Source: Glycera tridactyla
Taxonomy: Eukaryota
Length of the DNA: 64,000 bases
Reading direction: 5' to 3'
NCBI GenBank assembly: GCA_965644265.1
Contig: OZ286460.1
Location: 19,654,001 to 19,718,000 of the forward strand
Made by a program: the position numbers and the translations under genes. The notes under the pieces are model-generated. The model had not been told where the DNA came from, searched no databases, and saw only the letters and a program-made list of their open reading frames with translations. Of the stretch, positions 59,649 to 64,000 are shown piece by piece. How positions within the stretch are numbered: position 1 is the first letter of the stretch; every line of letters begins with the position of its first letter.

Positions 59649-62600
59649 ATGTGTGATGACCGCCTGAGTGAGCACGACATGGCCGGGAAGGAGATGTACC
59701 CAACGTTAATTGTGTTAATAGTCACGTATGTAAATGTAATTAGTGTAAATAGTCAGATGAGTGAAGGTATAGGTGGTGACAATGTCCTGAATTATGGTGT
59801 TTGGTTTGCACCAAAAGGCAGTTATCAAATATCAAATGAGAATTATCATTTGATATTGGCGGTAGATATACCTGGATTGAGAGGTGGTGATGAAAATGTT
59901 AAAGCCAGGTGTAATATGGGAGAGAAAGGGAAGTCTTGTCAAGGGAAGAAATTGCAAGCTGTAATAACACAGTTGAACAGAGGCAAGAGACTTATCGATG
60001 ATAGTACCTGCCAATTGTTTGAAACAATAGTAGATGAGATAGATACCTACGAGTTAGAGATGGACCAACGTTTGGCCAGAGTGATGCTGACTACAGACTA
60101 TGCATGGTGGGTGGATGATGTGATGCGGAATAAATATGAGAAAGTGCTGAAATCTAAAACAATTAAAAAGAAGTCAAGACAACGAGAAAGGGCAGATGAT
60201 GCCTACTGGTTGATGAGTATAACTAATGAAAATGAGACTGGTGAAGTGCAGACAGAAAAAAATTTGCAGCTAGGACATGGGACCAAGAATAGGCCACGGA
60301 AGGGGGTTGGCTATATCGAGACGCCTGTCATCAAGCTGAAGAAGGGCCATGTGAAGACGCCAGTGAAACACTTACTGGTGGCTGGGAGGCGATGGCAGCA
60401 ACAAATAGCTGACAATTGTGTTTATACAAATATATCTGAGTGGGGTGAGGATGTGGGTACTTCTCCAAGTGATTCTTCTGTTGCAGACAGTTTGCAGAAA
60501 CTACATGGGTTACTGATGGCTGTCCAGAAAAAGGTTACAAATTCTGTACTAAAGGATATTGGAATATTCAATGAATCAGAATGGATGAAGTGGTCTAGTT
60601 CCCAAGAAATATCTCGAGACATGCAGAATATGGTTGTTGATTGGGTGTGGCGAATTCAAAATGAAATACCTCCTAAAAAGTTGCAATTGGAATTGATTCC
60701 ATTATTGCGAAAACTGGGTGTGTACAGTCATCAATTAGCCAGAGAAAGGAAAAATACAGCCCGAGTTTCCGAAAGATATCTGAATAAAACTGTCATAACC
60801 CGACTAATTGAATCCTTGGACCACTTGGCAAATTTACGACTTGTGAATCAGAATGTAGTGGATATGCAGAGATTTCGAAAGCGGATTCGACGACTATGGG
60901 TTCGCATGAATATGGCACTGAACCAACAAGACCAAATGCCGTTGCATTGGTCCACTATTAAAAGTGATATGTGGGAATCGCTATTTGGTTCAGCTACGTT
61001 TGCTCAAGTTGACGAAATAATTCATGTGATTAACGGTGTCACCAACAATAGTAGTAATCGACGGGAAATTCGGAAATCGTATTTCGCGAACACCACTGCG
61101 TATATTACAGTGTCTTCGAGAATGGCCATCGAGTTTAAACGTGTGGTGAGACGTCTGAAAATGGCCATCGGCCTGTTGAGTGATCAGTCGGAGATGGAGG
61201 GGGAATATGACATAAATGCCATGTCATATATAATAAACAAAGCCACCAATATAGCCATAGGACTATCATTAGTCCGTTCAAAAATCGAGCACTTTGCAGA
61301 TGGTCTCCGAGAATTGCTCAAGGGAAAATTGACACCTCAAATAATCTCGGAAGATGATTTGCAAGAAGCATTGATACAGCTGGAAATAGAGCTGAGGGCA
61401 AGAGAGTCAAGGTTTCATGTTCTGACATTTGACTCTGCCCACTATTATTCAATTAAGAACATTGCTCATGTAAGAAATCAAAACCAGTTAATAATTGTAT
61501 TACCAATAGAAGTAACTAGACAGTCTCAAAATTTTCATTTATACCAGTTATCAGTATATGACATTCCAGTCAATAGCATTGAGAATTTGACTTCACGATT
61601 GGTTTCGGATATTGCAATAGTAGGGTTAAGCGAGTCAAAAACAAGGTTCATACAACTCACACATCAACAATGGATGTTATATGACAAAGAAAATAAATGG
61701 ATAAGCAACAGTGATATTCAAGTGTATAATCATGAGAATCTTACATGTGAAATGGCTCTATTCTGGAACAAGATGGTAGAGGTTAAGAAGTTATGTGAAT
61801 TCAGATTAGAACAAAAGCCGCTACAAATGAAATTGCACATCCTACCTAGGGGTGAATTGGTAGTCATGAATGCCGAAGAACTGATAGTGGCTTGTCAAGA
61901 CCGCCCCTATGTGAGGAAATCAGGGTGTGAAGTCTGCATACACCCACTAAAATGTGGATGTGAATATGTGGGTAGATTAAAGGATGATAGATTGGTGATC
62001 AACTCGAGAATGACAAAATGTGTGACTGAAGTAGAGAAGAGGCCACCCAAAACCATACTTCATATGTCTATCATACAGTATCTAGTACCTGAGGAATGGT
62101 TGCTGGGTGATGGTAGTGAAATTCATAGACAGAAAGACAATATCCCTGATATACCACTCAGGGTTAATCAGGGGCATTATGAGCAGTCAATATGTGGGCC
62201 AATTGAGTTTTCAATGAACCTTGAGAAGGCATTGGATAGGGTAAAAGCAGGTGAAAAATTATCACCAATTCAGCAGATTGATTGGGCATCCTGGAAAATA
62301 ATTCATGTTTCAGACTTTTTCACATTATCCACATGTGTCAGTATGGGTGAATGGGTATTGAGCACAGTGATAGTACTGGCTCATGTAAGAACAGCTCGAA
62401 GAGTGAATGAATTGGCACAGAGGGTTAATGGCATCATCATAATGAATCAACTTCGAGCAGCTAGGGCTATGAATGTTTTGGTTGGAATGAATACAAACAT
62501 GACAGAAACAAATAGATCAAATGCAGGGGGTGAGATAATTAGCCAGCGTGAGGGTATATTACTTCTGTTGCTGGTAGTCATTATACAACTTGCAATTGTG

Positions 62601-63209
62601 TTGGTGTGTCTTTTGAAATACTGTTTGAAAGTACAACCACATTCAGAAATAGCATGGGTCGTTTTGACATTACGAGGTAGGGATAAGTGTACAGTTAAGG
62701 TTAAGAAGCTCTATTGTGCCCCTCATGCGATTCGAATGCTAGCAGAAGGACCGCCCTCAGATATTAGATTAATTGGTCCCATACTTAAATCGAAATTATA
62801 TGTCTACTGGGGAAACAGGGAATTGATAGATAACGGAAATGGGGTCATTTATTACCTACCAAATGTGATTGATATTTCTATGTCAAGAGGACTACGAATT
62901 GCAGCCCTACTCAGAGAAACCTATCAAGTCACAGTTGACATTGTGTACAGGGATCGAGAGGGAAAATGGACTGCAGGGAATCGGTTGAGGTGTGATGAAC
63001 CTACAGAGGTTCACCCATATGTCAGAGAAAACAGTAATAGTAGTAGGCAGAATAGAATTCGAGAAGAACTACCACCTCCTTATGAACTTCATCAGCTTCG
63101 AAATCTCCGAAGCACTACCCGGGAAGGCCGGATTATGTTAAGCCCATTACCTTCGAGTTCATCAGATAGCGACCAATCAACAGAACGAGGACATACCAGA
63201 ACCAATTAA
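59649..63209 (+). CDS. env: Envelope-like glycoprotein (F-type/class I fusion-like), ~1170-1190 aa
   Basis: Signal-like MYPTLIVLIVTYVNVISVNS; LNYGVWF-x(11)-HLILAVDIP N-terminal motif; polybasic RFRKRIRR; SLFGSAT; GKLTPQIIS; Cys cluster; two C-terminal hydrophobic segments. The open frame extends up to ATG 59571. Confidence 0.85.
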   Translation: MCDDRLSEHDMAGKEMYPTLIVLIVTYVNVISVNSQMSEGIGGDNVLNYGVWFAPKGSYQISNENYHLILAVDIPGLRGGDENVKARCNMGEKGKSCQGKKLQAVITQLNRGKRLIDDSTCQLFETIVDEIDTYELEMDQRLARVMLTTDYAWWVDDVMRNKYEKVLKSKTIKKKSRQRERADDAYWLMSITNENETGEVQTEKNLQLGHGTKNRPRKGVGYIETPVIKLKKGHVKTPVKHLLVAGRRWQQQIADNCVYTNISEWGEDVGTSPSDSSVADSLQKLHGLLMAVQKKVTNSVLKDIGIFNESEWMKWSSSQEISRDMQNMVVDWVWRIQNEIPPKKLQLELIPLLRKLGVYSHQLARERKNTARVSERYLNKTVITRLIESLDHLANLRLVNQNVVDMQRFRKRIRRLWVRMNMALNQQDQMPLHWSTIKSDMWESLFGSATFAQVDEIIHVINGVTNNSSNRREIRKSYFANTTAYITVSSRMAIEFKRVVRRLKMAIGLLSDQSEMEGEYDINAMSYIINKATNIAIGLSLVRSKIEHFADGLRELLKGKLTPQIISEDDLQEALIQLEIELRARESRFHVLTFDSAHYYSIKNIAHVRNQNQLIIVLPIEVTRQSQNFHLYQLSVYDIPVNSIENLTSRLVSDIAIVGLSESKTRFIQLTHQQWMLYDKENKWISNSDIQVYNHENLTCEMALFWNKMVEVKKLCEFRLEQKPLQMKLHILPRGELVVMNAEELIVACQDRPYVRKSGCEVCIHPLKCGCEYVGRLKDDRLVINSRMTKCVTEVEKRPPKTILHMSIIQYLVPEEWLLGDGSEIHRQKDNIPDIPLRVNQGHYEQSICGPIEFSMNLEKALDRVKAGEKLSPIQQIDWASWKIIHVSDFFTLSTCVSMGEWVLSTVIVLAHVRTARRVNELAQRVNGIIIMNQLRAARAMNVLVGMNTNMTETNRSNAGGEIISQREGILLLLLVVIIQLAIVLVCLLKYCLKVQPHSEIAWVVLTLRGRDKCTVKVKKLYCAPHAIRMLAEGPPSDIRLIGPILKSKLYVYWGNRELIDNGNGVIYYLPNVIDISMSRGLRIAALLRETYQVTVDIVYRDREGKWTAGNRLRCDEPTEVHPYVRENSNSSRQNRIREELPPPYELHQLRNLRSTTREGRIMLSPLPSSSSDSDQSTERGHTRTN

Positions 63210-64000
63210 TTTAATCATCGCGAAGAATGATGTGACAGTATATATGGACATGTCGGGAGTAAATCACATTGACGTGAGCGAAGAACCCCCCCCCCCCCTT
63301 TTCCAGTCATGGGATGGGGAACCATGGAGCATCAATTATCAGCAGCCTAGTCATGAGCGTGGTGAGGAGAGACATCTGGTGGGGCATACTGGAAGTACGC
63401 TTGGATAGCCAGCCAGATTGTCTCTATATAGTTGTGATTAGCACTCAGTTGTACATAATGAATACGCATATAATATATATATACAGCACCTGTCATAAAG
63501 TGGTATGGCACTGCACTTCACATTAGTTGAACAACATGAGACCACGCGTAGAGACCAAGTGGTGACCTCTCACCAATATAGTATTTGATCAGACACGCGC
63601 ATATCATGAGTTAATGTATTCAGGGGAGTAATCAACTTGGATACCACAATCGCACATCGATGGGTGGAGCATCAGCACACCTTCCAATGAGCAGTGATGA
63701 GAAGGCGGGGACTGTGTACGGAAAGTGAAGCATTCGTTGAGGCAGCAGAGCGGAACGATCATGCATACCAATTGAAGGCCATCATTCTTGACTGTATTTG
63801 TGAAAGCTCTAAGGACTTGAAACTTCTGCAAAAGTGATGGAGTGAATCACAAGTGTATGGTGTGGTGGTGTGATGTACTTTAGTCGGTGATGGTATGACC
63901 AAGGGTGAGGTTTCATGGTTAATGACACTAGCAGAGACTAATGAACTGAGGTGAAAAGTGCCATGAATGGTGATGACATAGATACATTTTCTATAAGACT

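Larger units (their letters stand above)
46800..64000 (+). mobile_element. Env-carrying Ty3/Gypsy (Metaviridae, errantivirus-like) LTR retroelement, >17 kb; left boundary approximate, right end beyond window
   Basis: PBS followed by gag (CA + 2 CCHC), pol in PR-RT-RH-IN order (Ty3/Gypsy order) and an env-like ORF; all frames uninterrupted. Confidence 0.95.

Noticed and set aside
63210-64000. 3' LTR and polypurine tract of the retroelement
   Set aside because: No sequence matching 46800-47597 and no clear PPT found; must lie beyond the window.

Overview
Eukaryotic (invertebrate-like, AT-rich, intron-rich) genomic window with two short assembly gaps. (1) The 3' half of a phospholipase C-beta gene lies on the minus strand. 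At least 14 phase-consistent coding exons run from 46374 (end of catalytic Y domain) through C2 and the proximal/distal C-terminal coiled-coil domains to the stop at 20497; its upstream exons are not in the window. (2) From about 46.8 kb to the window end, a very large (>17 kb), apparently intact Ty3/Gypsy (Metaviridae) LTR retroelement sits in a PLC-beta intron, opposite to the host gene. It has a tRNA-Ala-type PBS and a ~1176-aa gag. Gag is joined in frame to pol (PR-RT-RH-IN) by a single TAG, suggesting readthrough. A ~1190-aa F-type-like env has matching splice signals. Between pol and env is an unexplained 468-aa ANTISENSE ORF with its own splice acceptor/TATA candidate and PxDLS, LC8-type and Arg-rich motifs, i.e. 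a complex-retrovirus-like layout. The 3' LTR is not in the window. (3) The rest is intronic/intergenic DNA with TA-flanked MITEs, a Helentron-type element with a 145-bp array, SINE-like fragments, mini- and microsatellites. No databases were searched; family calls come from motif recognition by eye.
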